Assembly (NCBI GenBank): GCA_050575255.1
Contig: JBNZDD010013599.1
Span: 1,801,053-1,865,052, forward strand
Reading direction: 5' to 3'
Length of the DNA stretch: 64,000 nt
Source: Harriotta raleighana
Taxonomy: Eukaryota
Part shown: piece after piece, positions 1-11,332 of the stretch
Layout of the letters: each line of letters opens with the position of its first letter
Numbering within the stretch: position 1 is the first letter of the stretch
The notes under the pieces: model-generated
Databases searched by the model: none
Told to the model about the DNA's origin: nothing
Seen by the model: the letters and a program-made list of their open reading frames with translations, nothing else
Program-made: the position numbers and the translations under genes

Positions 1-390
1 TTTTTCCGCACATTCCTTGGGACATGTTAACAATGCGACACCTTATTATGATTGATGGGGGAAACGGGCTCCCCCTAGAATGAAAAGAAGTTGCCAAGAG
101 CAGAAATACACGTCACACAGTGCTAATCGGAGTAGGGGGGGGGTGGGGGTGGGGGGGTGGGGTGGGGACGACACCATCGTGGAGTACACGTTTTGTATTT
201 ATGCACATTTTCGGGCCCAGAGGATGAACTGACATGCAACTGGAACGTTACTGACCTATACTGGCTTGTTCCGATACTATTTGGATCGAATTATCTGGGA
301 ATGGTAAAACAAACGGGTCAGACATGATTGGCTACATGCGTTAGGCCCAAATCTGAACACACAAATGAAGGTGTCACTCTCTCCTCGTGG

Positions 391-539
391 TTGTTTGTGA
401 GACATTGCTGTTGTGTGCGAATTAGCTGCCGGGTTTCATCTACAAAATACAGTCAGTGCAGTTTAGCAGTGTGAAGCACTTTGAGTCGTCTTCCCGACCT
501 GAAAGTCACTGTACCATATGTAAACATCATATTATTATT
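391..539 (+). mobile_element. Deu-domain-like SINE, degenerate 3' half
   Basis: tgtttgtgagacattgctg..gtgcgaattagctgcc...gtgaagcactttgag..cccgacctgaaag matches the 3' half of the full copy at 17772-18135. Confidence 0.75.
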
Positions 540-2209
540 TTCTCCGCTAGCAGTAGCAAAGTGGGGAATTAGATCTGTGTCAAAAAGCCAGCAGATGATC
601 ATATTGATTTGCTGTATCCAGCGGCAGATAAACCTGAATTGTTTCCATTCTTAGTTGCAACAGCAATTCTCTTGATGGGAATATGGTGGGCGTTTGGGAA
701 AGAGAATAATTAATAGTTTTCTCAGCATGTTTCTACTTTTTACAGTCTCTTCAGCGAGGATAAACTTAAATATTGATTCCTTATGACGGGGAGGGGGGGT
801 GGTGGGGGGAAGGTGGGAGTGGGTGGGTGGGGGGGGTTAATTAAGTTGAATAATGCCAGTTGCAGCAGTAATTGCCTCTACTTCAATGTCCGAAACACGA
901 AGAGTGAGAGTTATGAGAAACTAGTGTGACGTGCACCTTAATTAGAACTGGTTAATAATTGCCCGGAGACACGATTATCTCATGTGGACATTGTTGGATC
1001 AATACCCAGGTTTCACATTCCCGAGCCTTACTTTTGGTAATTATAAGGTGCAAATTCCTTGCAATCCGTGGGGATTTCCACGATAAATCCAGGCCCCAAG
1101 AAGTCAATATCAATTGTGAGCAGGATTTCAGGCATTTTCAGTCGCATATTTTGAAGCATTTGCTTTTTAGATACTGTATGCTAAGCCCTGTGATTGTTTC
1201 ATCCTCCATTAATCCCACAATGTGTTGCACAAACACATGCCATGCAGCTACGAGGTGGATGATTGCTTCCACATGGGGCTGCTTCTTATTACTTCCAGCC
1301 GAGCTGATACTCTCCAGCACACACTGCGTTTAACCCGTCCTTTAACTCGAGTCTTTTCATCCATTATAGATTTGTTGCACTGAGAGATTCGCACTTACGC
1401 CTTGCGAAATTCGCTGCCATTTGTCAAGATTTTGAATTGCGCAGGAAAATTGACGCACAAAAGGAACGAATAAACACCAAACCCAGCGATCACAAACTCA
1501 AGAGTTATGTTTTTCTGAAATGTCGCAGGTTTGATAAACCCAAAAATATAAAATGTTGGTCAGCTCAAACAATTTTCTGTCTGATCATTTATATTTTATG
1601 GTATTGATATGATATTGTCTCCGGCTTGAGTTTCTTATACCTCACCCAGTTGGATGTAACTTAACTGTTATAAATAATAGATTAAAATAGATTGAACTAA
1701 GACCTTGTCTACTCTGATTTTACGATCGTGGTGGAGCCTAGCACGGATTGACTGTTGGTTACTCAGATCCATAAGGTTTACGGTTGGTACTATAATTTAA
1801 CAAGACACAATCATGACTTAAACACACGATTAACAACCCAACTCAACCCCTCAACATCAAGAATATGAGAAATCGTTTTTCCCCTCAAATGTTGTTCAAA
1901 CTAACATTTCTAGCATGACATTAAAGTTTTGTGTGTCAAGGGGCACTTTGTAAAGCATCTACTGTGGGATGAAACGTTGTTTTTGGTCAGCTGGGTGTCT
2001 GTGCAGAAACCCATCAGAAACCAGACTGAGTTCCCGATATGTATGCTACTTGCATCTGGAAATGTTCCCATGTATGGGATGGAATACACACTCTTATCTC
2101 TCCCAGGGAAGTCACACCCTGCTTACCTAATTACAACAACAAATTATACTTACAATTACAGAGTTTTAGGGATGAAACGGAACCACCACAGTTTCAGAAG
2201 CCCCCCAAA

Positions 2210-2400
2210 ATTGATGCCTAGTCTGTGCACAGTTAGCATATGGAACGAGGTAAATAGCTCATCAACTTGGGGGTAGGAAGGACAAATATTAGCCAGGTTT
2301 CCCTACTACTGATCATATATATGGATATAAACTCAGGTGAAGATCAAGCTTGGTTCTGATGTCCTCATGGTTGGATATCATCCACTGTTAAGCCTCACAT
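2210..2400 (+). repeat. Ancient degenerate interspersed repeat (SINE-like relic)
   Basis: gtctgtgcacagttagc...gggtaggaaggacaaatattagccaggtttccctactactgatc...caggtgaagatcaagcttggttctgatg resembles a recalled old shark repeat and the segment at 39370-39515. Confidence 0.4.
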
Positions 2401-3219
2401 AACAACAACAACAACTTGCACATATGTCGTACTCTCGACACAGGTAGCATCGTAACTGAAGAACGTCAACGTCAGTAAAGTCCCATAGGCTACTGGGCCT
2501 ATACATTAACATGCACGATTGTCTTTAGGATCTGAGAGCAAGTCAAAATTTGGAAGGGGATGGGGTGGAAGGAGTTTCAGATTAAGATCCCAGAACGAGG
2601 GAGATAGATGTCTTATGTTCTGCATGGCTATAGATCTTTTCGATCCACTCTGACCATTGGGAGCAAATCATTTACACTATATTGCTTTGAAAGACGCTGC
2701 ATCCATACTCTCCTTGCCCAATATCTATGATAGAGCGTAATCTTTACAAGAAGTGCAATAGGAACAATACCTGCATCCAAATGATTCATTAGGGGATGTC
2801 GATTCTGTAGCTCTGTGTGCTGCAATGAATAAGGATTGTCATTAAGCGCTTTGGAAGCGATTGTGAAAGTCTGTAATTGAGTGTTCCTTAAGATAACGTA
2901 CACAAGGCGAGGTAGGCATGGCGGGATCCACAGATGCGTGACTGAGAGTTTCAAGAGGACTGACCACACGGTATTCACTGATGACATGCACATACCTGTT
3001 TCCGAGACAATCCAGAGAGCCCATATCTCTCACTGCTCCATTGTGGGTTGCAAATTCCTTGCAGTCAGCACTGTGTTAAGAAACGTTCGTACCATTAAAT
3101 GGATTTTCCAGGTTGGAGTGCTCAGATCTGTGAAAGATTATTTCACATTGTAACTCTATACCGCGTCTGTGGGCTCAAAAACCACGGCTCAAAAGACTTG
3201 GGAACTTACAAATAAATTT

Positions 3220-3376
3220 CAGCGAACTCCTGATATCCCGACCCTTCAAGCCATCAATATCTAGGCCGCAATTATCGATGGATTTATAAATATGCTTTTA
3301 TAAATACACGCATCTCTGGATAACTCGTCACTGAAGATACTTTTCCTTGAAGCGATGGGTTATCATGAGTTTGCCA
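3220..3376. mobile_element. Palindromic MITE relic (Tc1/mariner-pogo/Tigger-like)
   Basis: 3221-3250 agcgaactcctgatatcccgacccttcaag vs reverse complement of 3346-3375 ggcaaactcatgataacccatcgcttcaag (23/30 by eye); inner inverted pair atttataaa/tttataaat. Confidence 0.6.
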
Positions 3377-4069
3377 TATTCCAAAGGAGCCCCCCAGATA
3401 AATAAGACTCCTTAATCCAATTTACTATCAATATCTGTGTACAAAGATTTTTTTTTACACACAAACTTATAATGAATGGCAATTTGAAGCATTTTTGATC
3501 TGGATGTAACGCTAATGGAGAAAAATGGGCAGATTTTTAATAGGTTGACTGTACTGCCTCTTCTATGTGTCTGTAAGTGGGAGTCGTTGGAAATCAGATG
3601 AGCTGCAATGACTGAAATGCCTAAAAATAGAATTTGTTGTAAGGCTGCATTACAGAGTTACAAATAAACTTGCCCTTGTTAGATGGTTTGAGTGTTAGAT
3701 AGTTTCACGTTATCCCAGTCTGCTCAAACTCACTACACCTCTGTGTCACCCATTTCTTGAGACGTTTTGATATGAACCAACNGGGCTACACGTTATACCA
3801 GTCTGCTCAAACTCACTACACCTCTGTGTCACCCATTTCTTGAGACGTTTTGATATGAACCAACCATTTTAGATTTGGATTCAAGCAGAAATGAAGTCGA
3901 ATGTCTTAACAAAGGGCGTAAGCCGTCACCCCAGGGAATACAGAAAGGCAGTTGTGTGTGACTCTGACGGAGAAGGGAGTTGGATGAATCTGATTCCCTA
4001 ATTTGATGACCAGCATTTGTCCAGTCTTAAAAACAGCTATGAAATTAATGAGCAACCTTATCCGGGAGA

Positions 4070-4345
4070 TTTGTTGGCCAGAACACTAGGATAAACCTCC
4101 TTCTCTTTTCGAGTAATACAATGAGATCTTTAAAGTCTACTTGAAACCAATCCAGATGTCTAAATGATGGGAGTTTTTTGTCCAAAGGGCCTTGGTTTGA
4201 TATCTCAACCCACAACAATGAGATGTTAAAGCAAGGTCCCATCTGGACCTGTGCAGCCTGTATTGTACTGGACTGTCATCCTAAACTGTGAGTTCAAAGT
4301 CTCTTCAAAGTCTTGTTTCTGACTCAGAGGTGAGAGTGTTTCTCA
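4070..4345 (-). mobile_element. Old DeuSINE (SacSINE1/AmnSINE1-like) 5' and central part
   Basis: ttggccagaacact...gggccttggtttgatatctca...ttctgactcagaggtgagagtg follows the recalled antisense DeuSINE consensus (ttggccaggacacc...gggcctcggtttaacgtctca...ttctgactcagaggcgagagtg). Confidence 0.6.
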
Positions 4346-5164
4346 AAGAGTGGGGCTGACGTCTAACTCAAGAGAGTTGCAAGGACATTCCGACACCTCA
4401 ATGTGCGTTAGTTTCAAGACATCCTCCCAACGTGAAGGTTACTCTGTAAATGTAATTTGGTTGTTTCTTGTTGTTGTTTTTGTTGTTTCTAAGGAAAGGC
4501 CTTTGCACAAAAAACTCCACCATTTAGACACATTAAAGCTGCTTAACCAACTGTGGAACCTTTCGCACTGAAACCTTCCTGCAAACTCATCAGAAACAAT
4601 GTTCGGTCAACAGAAAAGGCGAAAGCACAGACAAAGAGTCATTCAGAGACTGACAGGTTCAAGTACGGTAATGAGTCACAAGATACTGAAATACTGTACA
4701 CGCTATATTTCCTTTGTTGGGTAAATTCTATGATTAGCATTGCATTAAAAGCGACACAGACCAGAAAAGTCCTAGGTTTTAGCTTGAATGTGTGCTAATC
4801 CAGCAGATGTCAGTTAGGTCAGCAGTGACCCATTCAACAGCATATTGTACACACTGTAATTATACTCGTCATGGCGTGAGTTCGATTCGACTCGCAAACA
4901 ATGTGGGTCCTCATTCGGTAACAACATTAATATTAAGCAACGCAAAGATGCTATTTATACGTGATTTCAAAGCCAACTCATTCAATTTGTGCAAATTAAA
5001 ATTCCGTCTTGAATTATTATTTGGAAACTATTGATAATCAGTTCATAATCTCTTTTGAAACAAATCCCCCCCCCGCCCCCCCCCCCCCCCCCCCCCCCAA
5101 AAAGACTTGCTTTGGAACTGCATTCCCCTGCTCCAGCGATCCCTTTTGATCCTGAAGTCTATCA

Positions 5165-6180
5165 TTGTTTGTTACACTTGTATAGCGTCTTTCACGTCGG
5201 GAGGACGTCCCAAAGCGCTGAACAGTCAGGTCGGGACCCGAGCAGGGTGGGGGTGGGGTCGGAGGTAGGGGGTAGGGGGAAGGGGAAGGAGAGTGAGAGA
5301 GGGAAAGAGTCAGGGGGGGGAGCTGAAGGCGCGGTCGAAGAGGAAGGTCTTGAGACCGGCCTTGAAGGAGGAAAGGGAGGAAGCAAGGCGGAGGGACTGC
5401 GGGATGGAGTTCCAGAGTGTGGGGGGCAGAGAGGCTGAAAGCCCGGCCAGCGATGGTTGGGTGGTTAGGGCCGTGGACACAGAGTAGGCCTGAGTCTGCT
5501 GAACGGAGGGTGGGGGCAGGCNGTGATGGTTGGGGGGTTAGGGCCGTGGACACAGAGCAGGCCTGAGTCTGCTGAACGGAGGGTGCGGGCAGGCTGATAG
5601 GGAGACAGCAGGTCAGAGAGATGGACGGGGGCAAGGCTGTGGGTGGCCTTGAAGGTGAGGATGAGGATCTTGAAGTCGATCCTCTGGGGGANTACGAGGA
5701 TCTTGAAGTCGATCGTCTGGGGAATAGGGAGCCAGTGGAGACGGGCAAGGGTGGGAGTGATGTGGTCGCGGAGCCTGGTGCGGGAGAGTACACAAGCTGC
5801 AGAATTCTGAACGATCTGCAGCCTGTGAAGGGAGGAGTTGGGAAGGCCGACCAGGAGAGAGTTCCCGCAGTCGAGCCTGGAAGTGATAAAGGCGTGAATG
5901 AGGGTTTTGGCGGCGTTGGGGGGGTGAGGTAGAGGCGGAGCCTGGCAATATTGCGGAGTTGGTGGAAGGCCGTGCCGGTCATGGAGCGGACGTGGGGGAG
6001 GAAGGATGGTTCGGGGTCGAACAAGACGCCCAGATTCCTGACTGGCTTCAAGAGGCGGAGAGAGCAGCCTTGGACGCTGATGTTGTCCTAGCCTGAGGTG
6101 CGGAGGCGCTGGGGTAAACCGATCAGGAGGGCCTCTGTCTTGTTGACATTGAGCTGCAGGAAGTTTGCCCTCGTCCAGAA
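5165..6180 (-). mobile_element. 5'-truncated L2-clade LINE (ORF2 C-terminus plus 3' UTR), frameshifted
   Basis: Minus-strand peptides NFLQLNVNKTEALLIG, VRNLGVLFDPEPSFLPHV..TAFHQLRNIARLR, LHWLPI..IDFKIL, RTLRSADSGLL..AGRAFS are typical L2 ORF2; C-rich 3' UTR ends cagcgctttgggacgtcctcccgacgtgaaagacgctata. Confidence 0.93.
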
Positions 6181-6994
6181 CTCAATGCTAATCAGCAGTG
6201 CAGAAAAAACCTCAACGTTTTATGACAAAGGTAACTTTGGAAATAAAGGCATAACTCTATTCATCACGGTGACAACACAATTNGACTCAATGTCGGTCTA
6301 CACTGCTAATCAGCAGTGCAGAAAAAACCTCAGCGTTTTATGACAAAGGTAACTTTGGAAATAAAGGCATAACTCTATTCATCNAACTCAATGCTAATCA
6401 GCAGTGCAGAAAAAACCTCAACGTTTTATGACAAAGGTAACTTTGGAAATAAAGGCATAACTCTATTCATCACGGTGACAACACAATTTCAACGGCTTGT
6501 ACACTATTTCCAGAGACATTCACGCACACTGCCGGCTGCAGATAATTGAATAAAACACGAGCAGTTTACAGATGGAGCGGATAAATCTTCATGTTGCCAT
6601 TGGGGTCCAATTTGCGGGTCCTAACAAGTGGTATGTCACGATTTAAGTTGCAATGATACATACTGTGAAATACCCTGGAACTATACAAAGTGCACTTTTT
6701 AAAAAAAAAATAGAAAAGGAAGTGACAGAAATATTGTACTCAAGACATCGGAAAAGGAGAAAAAAGGATTTGGCTGACTTTAAAACAAGTCTACGTTATT
6801 GATTCCTAGGCGGGTCATATACTACGGCCTATTCTCTGCGAAACGTTCTCTGTGACTATCTGCTGGATGGTGTGGGAGTGTAGTCGTCTGATAATTTTCC
6901 CTTCCCCACCACGAGCTGTTCATCACCACTCAGCATCTCCCCCTCAAAAGCCAAGGAAACTGGGAGCTGATCGACCCCCACACATCTGTATCCT

Positions 6995-7102
6995 AATAGT
7001 CCATGGCATGGAATGGGGGCCTGAAATCCTGGGATTTCAGGAGTAACATTAACACACAGGATCCCGGGAATCCCAGATGGAAATTCCAGCATTGCGGTCC
7101 CT
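6995..7102. mobile_element. Possible hAT-type MITE relic
   Basis: Perfect 10-bp inverted repeat cctgaaatcc-tg-ggatttcagg (7020-7041), atcccgggaatccc motif and end cattgcggtccct, reminiscent of ATCCCGGGAT-rich hAT termini. Confidence 0.3.
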
Positions 7103-7964
7103 CCTTGCTATGTTTTAGGCCAATTAAAAAAAACTATCAGAACACACTATGCGATTGTAGGCTATGATATATATGTGTGTATATATATATTGGTGAAAAA
7201 CGTCTGTTAGGACAGTTGATTGGGATTCTTACACTATATCCACTTGAGAGTAGTGTCTTGCTAACACTGTCCCAAATCAGACAGTACAGCGACTTTGATG
7301 CCATCCTGAATTCAAAGCAGTGCTTCCAAATGATGTGTCTTTGAAGAGTCTTTCAAAGATTTGCTGATTGCGGGATAGCTTTGGGCTGGAGTCTTCTTCA
7401 CAAAGCCTGCACTGCATAATGTCTCTCACACACACACATATATATACAGTATATATATATATGTAAAGTCTTTTACAATCACCAAATATATGAATCTAAA
7501 TAGTTTTCAAATTAATTTTAATGCCACTACGCATCTGCGAAAAAAAACATTTCTACATCGTTTNATGTAAAGTCTTTTACAATCACCAAATATATGAATC
7601 TAAATAGTTTTCAAATGAATTTTAATGCCACTACGCATCTGCGAAAAAAAACATTTCTACATCGTTTGTGGTCAGTACATTTCGGCTGTTAATACTCTGA
7701 GGGACAAGCTCTTCATGAATAGTACATCGAATGGAAATGCTAACCTTTAATAAAAGTATATTGAGAGTCAGCGAAAATTCAGTTGCTGAATTACTCTCCA
7801 GATTCGTGGCCATTTTACAAGTCGAACTATACATATGAACACAGCAAAACTTGGGTTTTTAAAATCCTAGTCTCAATTGGTGTAAATCTGAGCTCTTGTG
7901 GGCAAAATGTCATTGATTTATCCTATCACCAAATGGCTGAATAATTACATTTGAGTTCAATATT

Positions 7965-8073
7965 TGTGATCTACAAAATACACAGTCACTACACATTACA
8001 ATAAATCCTGTGAAATTCTTCGAGATGCCCTCCCAATATGAAAGGTGCTTTATCAAATGCAAGGAGTATTGTT
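7965..8073 (+). mobile_element. SINE 3' tail fragment
   Basis: acaaaatacacagtcactacacattaca..ctgtgaaattcttcgaga..tgaaaggtgctttatcaaatgcaagg. Confidence 0.65.
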
Positions 8074-8716
8074 AGTGGGCCAGATATTAAGGACCTTAAT
8101 CCTTAATATCAAAAAAGAACAAAAATTATACCAGGAGAAAAAAAAACATATTTACTTGGATCTTAAGATGATTCCTTAAAGAATGAGAAATGAGTGCAAA
8201 CTAGAAATGTAAGGTATGGCATTCAGCCTAAATGGGTTAGGAAGCTTCAATTAGGTATGTGGAAACAACAGAAAATAAGCATATTAAGAAACATAATATC
8301 ACCCAGATCAGGAAAGCTAGCTGTAAATCTTCCAAAATCAGGTAACTAAGCATTAAGTGAATCCAGCGTTCACAAGCACATCGAGACTCCACCTCATCAG
8401 CTAAATGTCACAGGTTTATTTTGCTGGGTCGCTCACTCTGAATATAAAACAATTAGTTCATTAAAATTAGTGCAGCCATTAGAGTAGCCCTCAAAATAAA
8501 TGTTCCTTTTATCTTAAAGCGATTGATACTATTCAGCATTAACTCATTTGAAAAACAACTGAAGGAAATCAGCATAGAAATATGATTTGAGTGTAAAGCT
8601 ACCTATATCAGGTATTAAATTCATTACAAAACCAACTTGACAAACAAAGCACATCAGGAAAATAGGGGTCAATGGACTCGTGCACATCCAGCCTTCAATT
8701 AATAATTCAATCCATC

Positions 8717-8758
8717 AATAATTACATTTATATACAGCGCCTTTCACGTCCGGAGGAC
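8717..8758 (-). mobile_element. L2/SINE extreme 3' tail
   Basis: ttacatttatatacagcgcctttcacgtccggaggac is the reverse complement of the shared tail. Confidence 0.6.
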
Positions 8759-10159
8759 AACAATGTTGGTGGAAGCGTTGCCCAAGCAAGAACTGCTCTA
8801 AATTCATCGTAAGAAAGGTTAATTTTATTGCAACCTTTCCGGAGTTAATTTTGCTGCGTTTCAGGTGCAGAAGGAGTTCCTCTATATAACAAGCCCCGAG
8901 GCGTTCTCTTTACAGGAGAGTTACAGGGCGGCCCTGTGTTTGGCAGCTCCTTTTGCTTAGCCGGCGAGAAAAAAAACAAACAAAAAAAAATCACAGCCCT
9001 AAGAACTCTTCAGGGTCAAGTATCACCAGAACAATTCAATGGCTGTTGATGAAACCCAAGGTTAAAAAAAAATCATCCGCAATAAAAGCATTAACATCTG
9101 GTGTCTGACAAGACTGAGCGAATCAGTAAAAGGCGAAAGAAAAAAACACTAAAAGCTTATGAGGGATATTAGGATAAGAAAGTAAGACACATCTGCTTTC
9201 TTCTTAATCATTAACATATTAGATTTTTTTCCCCCCCCTGTTATTAATGTGACTGCGCTGGGCATGTCACTAAACTCCCCATTATACCCATTCAGAAATA
9301 ATCCTGTCTTTAGTTCATGGCAAGAGGGTAAAACGGGATTAGGTCGTGCCCCTAAAGAGAGAGTAATTTAGCAGTTTCAAAGTAATAGGAACTAATTTAC
9401 ATGAAAGCTGAATGCAGGGGTATAAAAGCTTGAGCGTATCTATATGCTTAAAGCATTGGAGTGATGAGAGACCCGTCCTTAATGAGACACGATCACAGTA
9501 GACAGCGGTTGGGTTTACCCCAAAGACTCCAGATTAACGAATCTCAGAGTGTCTTTAATATTGGCGAGAGTTTGAGGGGCTTGCAACAGAGGGTGGAAAT
9601 GCTAAGCAGACTGGGACCATCTGTCAGCCCATGGAGGTGAAAATGCGCATGATTGAGTGACACCTGCTTGTCAAGTGCGACCTGCTGGGAAATCGATGCT
9701 TGGTTCACAGAGCCTCGAACAACATTACCTGCATTTGAATCAGATGGGGAGACCCCAGCAAAACCACTCTCCACGCTCAAATATTCATATAATGCAAGAC
9801 CATTATACGCTGCTGCATTTACAGTCGTTACAGCGTTTGATCACTGTCCTGGAAATTATAGCTATTCATGTGTAAACAATCCCGCAGTAAAAAGGGAGCT
9901 GATTCTGATGGCGTAAACAGACTGATTCTGTGACTGTGATGAGAGGTTTATTCCCCTCCCTTTATTTATCTTCAGTTTTTAAGCTAGTGAACTAACAGGC
10001 AATTTGCCACGGATCTGAAGCACAATCTGAATTTACATGCTGCTATTCCAGTAAATCATATTTTCTGTGGGTGGATTAGTGATGAAACCACCCCCCACCC
10101 TCCCAGTTTGAATATACCCCCAGTTTATTTTAGCACAGTATAATATAACATCACTTGGC

Positions 10160-10475
10160 AATCTGCCTTCTGAGAACGAGGGCTTGATTGTGTTTTCTGT
10201 GGGTCTCGTTGATTCAAAGATTCAGAAAATGTTAAAGTCAGGCCAGATGACATTGTGCAATTTGGAGGAATTCAGGGAAATCCACTTGTACATGGGGCCC
10301 AAGTAACCATTATTCACAGATGCAGTGTCCCCCAATAAAATTGGCTGTTCACTTTATGTCTCTGTGTCGGACACTGTTATACACAAATTGGCTGGCATGT
10401 TTGTCTACACATACTCCAGTCACTGCATGTTATGGTAAAATGCTGTGAAGCGCTTTCTGATGACTTTCTGATGAC
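10160..10475 (+). mobile_element. Old degenerate DeuSINE
   Basis: ggacactgttatacacaaattggctggcatgtttgtctacac..cagtcactgca..ctgtgaagcgcttt, preceded by a decayed central domain. Confidence 0.55.
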
Positions 10476-10884
10476 TTTTGAAACAAACACAAGGATCGTT
10501 ATAATAGTTTGTGTCTCGAGCGACCTATGGCAGGCTTTTTTTGACCCCGGAGGGAGGGAGAGGGAGAGGTGGAAGAGGATAGAGAGATTGAGAACTGACG
10601 CAACTCTGCCCTAAATCGATATACGCATACACACATACGTATTCCAGCATGAGGCGCTTGATAGAAATCTTACTGGTATTCCCCTCCTCAATCAACAGAC
10701 AGCTGTAGCCTGGGACACACATACAGTAATGGTAACACCATTGCAGAGACCAGAGGAGACAAATTAAAATCCTCAAAAGGAATTTTAATCAGTTAAAAAA
10801 CACAACATTTCCCATTATGCCGGCTAAAAATAATGGAAGTCCAAATATCACACAAGCCTCTTTCCTTCTAACCTTTGCAGGAGA

Positions 10885-11332
10885 CAATCAATAAATAATT
10901 AGCATCTTTTTATCAATAATTAATGCTACAGTCCCACAAACGCACATTTCCAGCCAAATGACTTCAGTCCTCTTCTGAAAATATGCGACAAAAGGACGCA
11001 CAATCCAGCGAGGCACTCGAGTGCCAGGGGTTCGCGGCCTGTTAAGAATATTACAAAGGTTACAGAGATGGGTCTCGCTAAGTAATCTGCAGCTGGCTAT
11101 CTGAGGGTGGGAGGGTAGGCAAGGGAGCGTGGCCATGAATTTTAATGACGAGCTGAAGCAAACGAGTTGGAGTTGCAGCACAATTAGAGGGATGGTAGAA
11201 TGTGTGTTGTGTCTAAATGAGGGACATGATCTACTCTTGACTCTCAGCATGCTACGAGTCCATCCTCCAAAGACCCTAATGAGGGAGGTGCATTGTACCA
11301 GCAAACCATTCAATATGGATTGACAGCATAAT
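10885..11332. promoter_or_regulatory. Candidate conserved non-coding element (enhancer-like)
   Basis: Repeat-free block with AT-rich borders, several TAAT cores, E-box cagctg and near Pbx-Meis decamer ggattgacag (11317-11326); conservation not verifiable here. Confidence 0.4.

Noticed and set aside
3706-3865. Tandem duplication of about 76 bp
   Set aside because: Near-identical copies joined across a single N (3782); typical of overlapping contig ends or gap-filling artefacts
5451-5720. Internal duplications in the L2 element
   Set aside because: Both lie at single Ns (5522, 5692); likely assembly artefacts
5038-6051. 337-aa ORF as a cellular gene
   Set aside because: A mosaic of L2 ORF2 frames and low-complexity UTR; transposon remnant
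6179-6490. Three near-identical 80-100 bp units resembling a repeat array
   Set aside because: Units are separated by single Ns (6283, 6384) and there are no unique spacers of regular length; not CRISPR or a true satellite
7461-7667. Direct repeat of about 103 bp
   Set aside because: Joined by a single N at 7564
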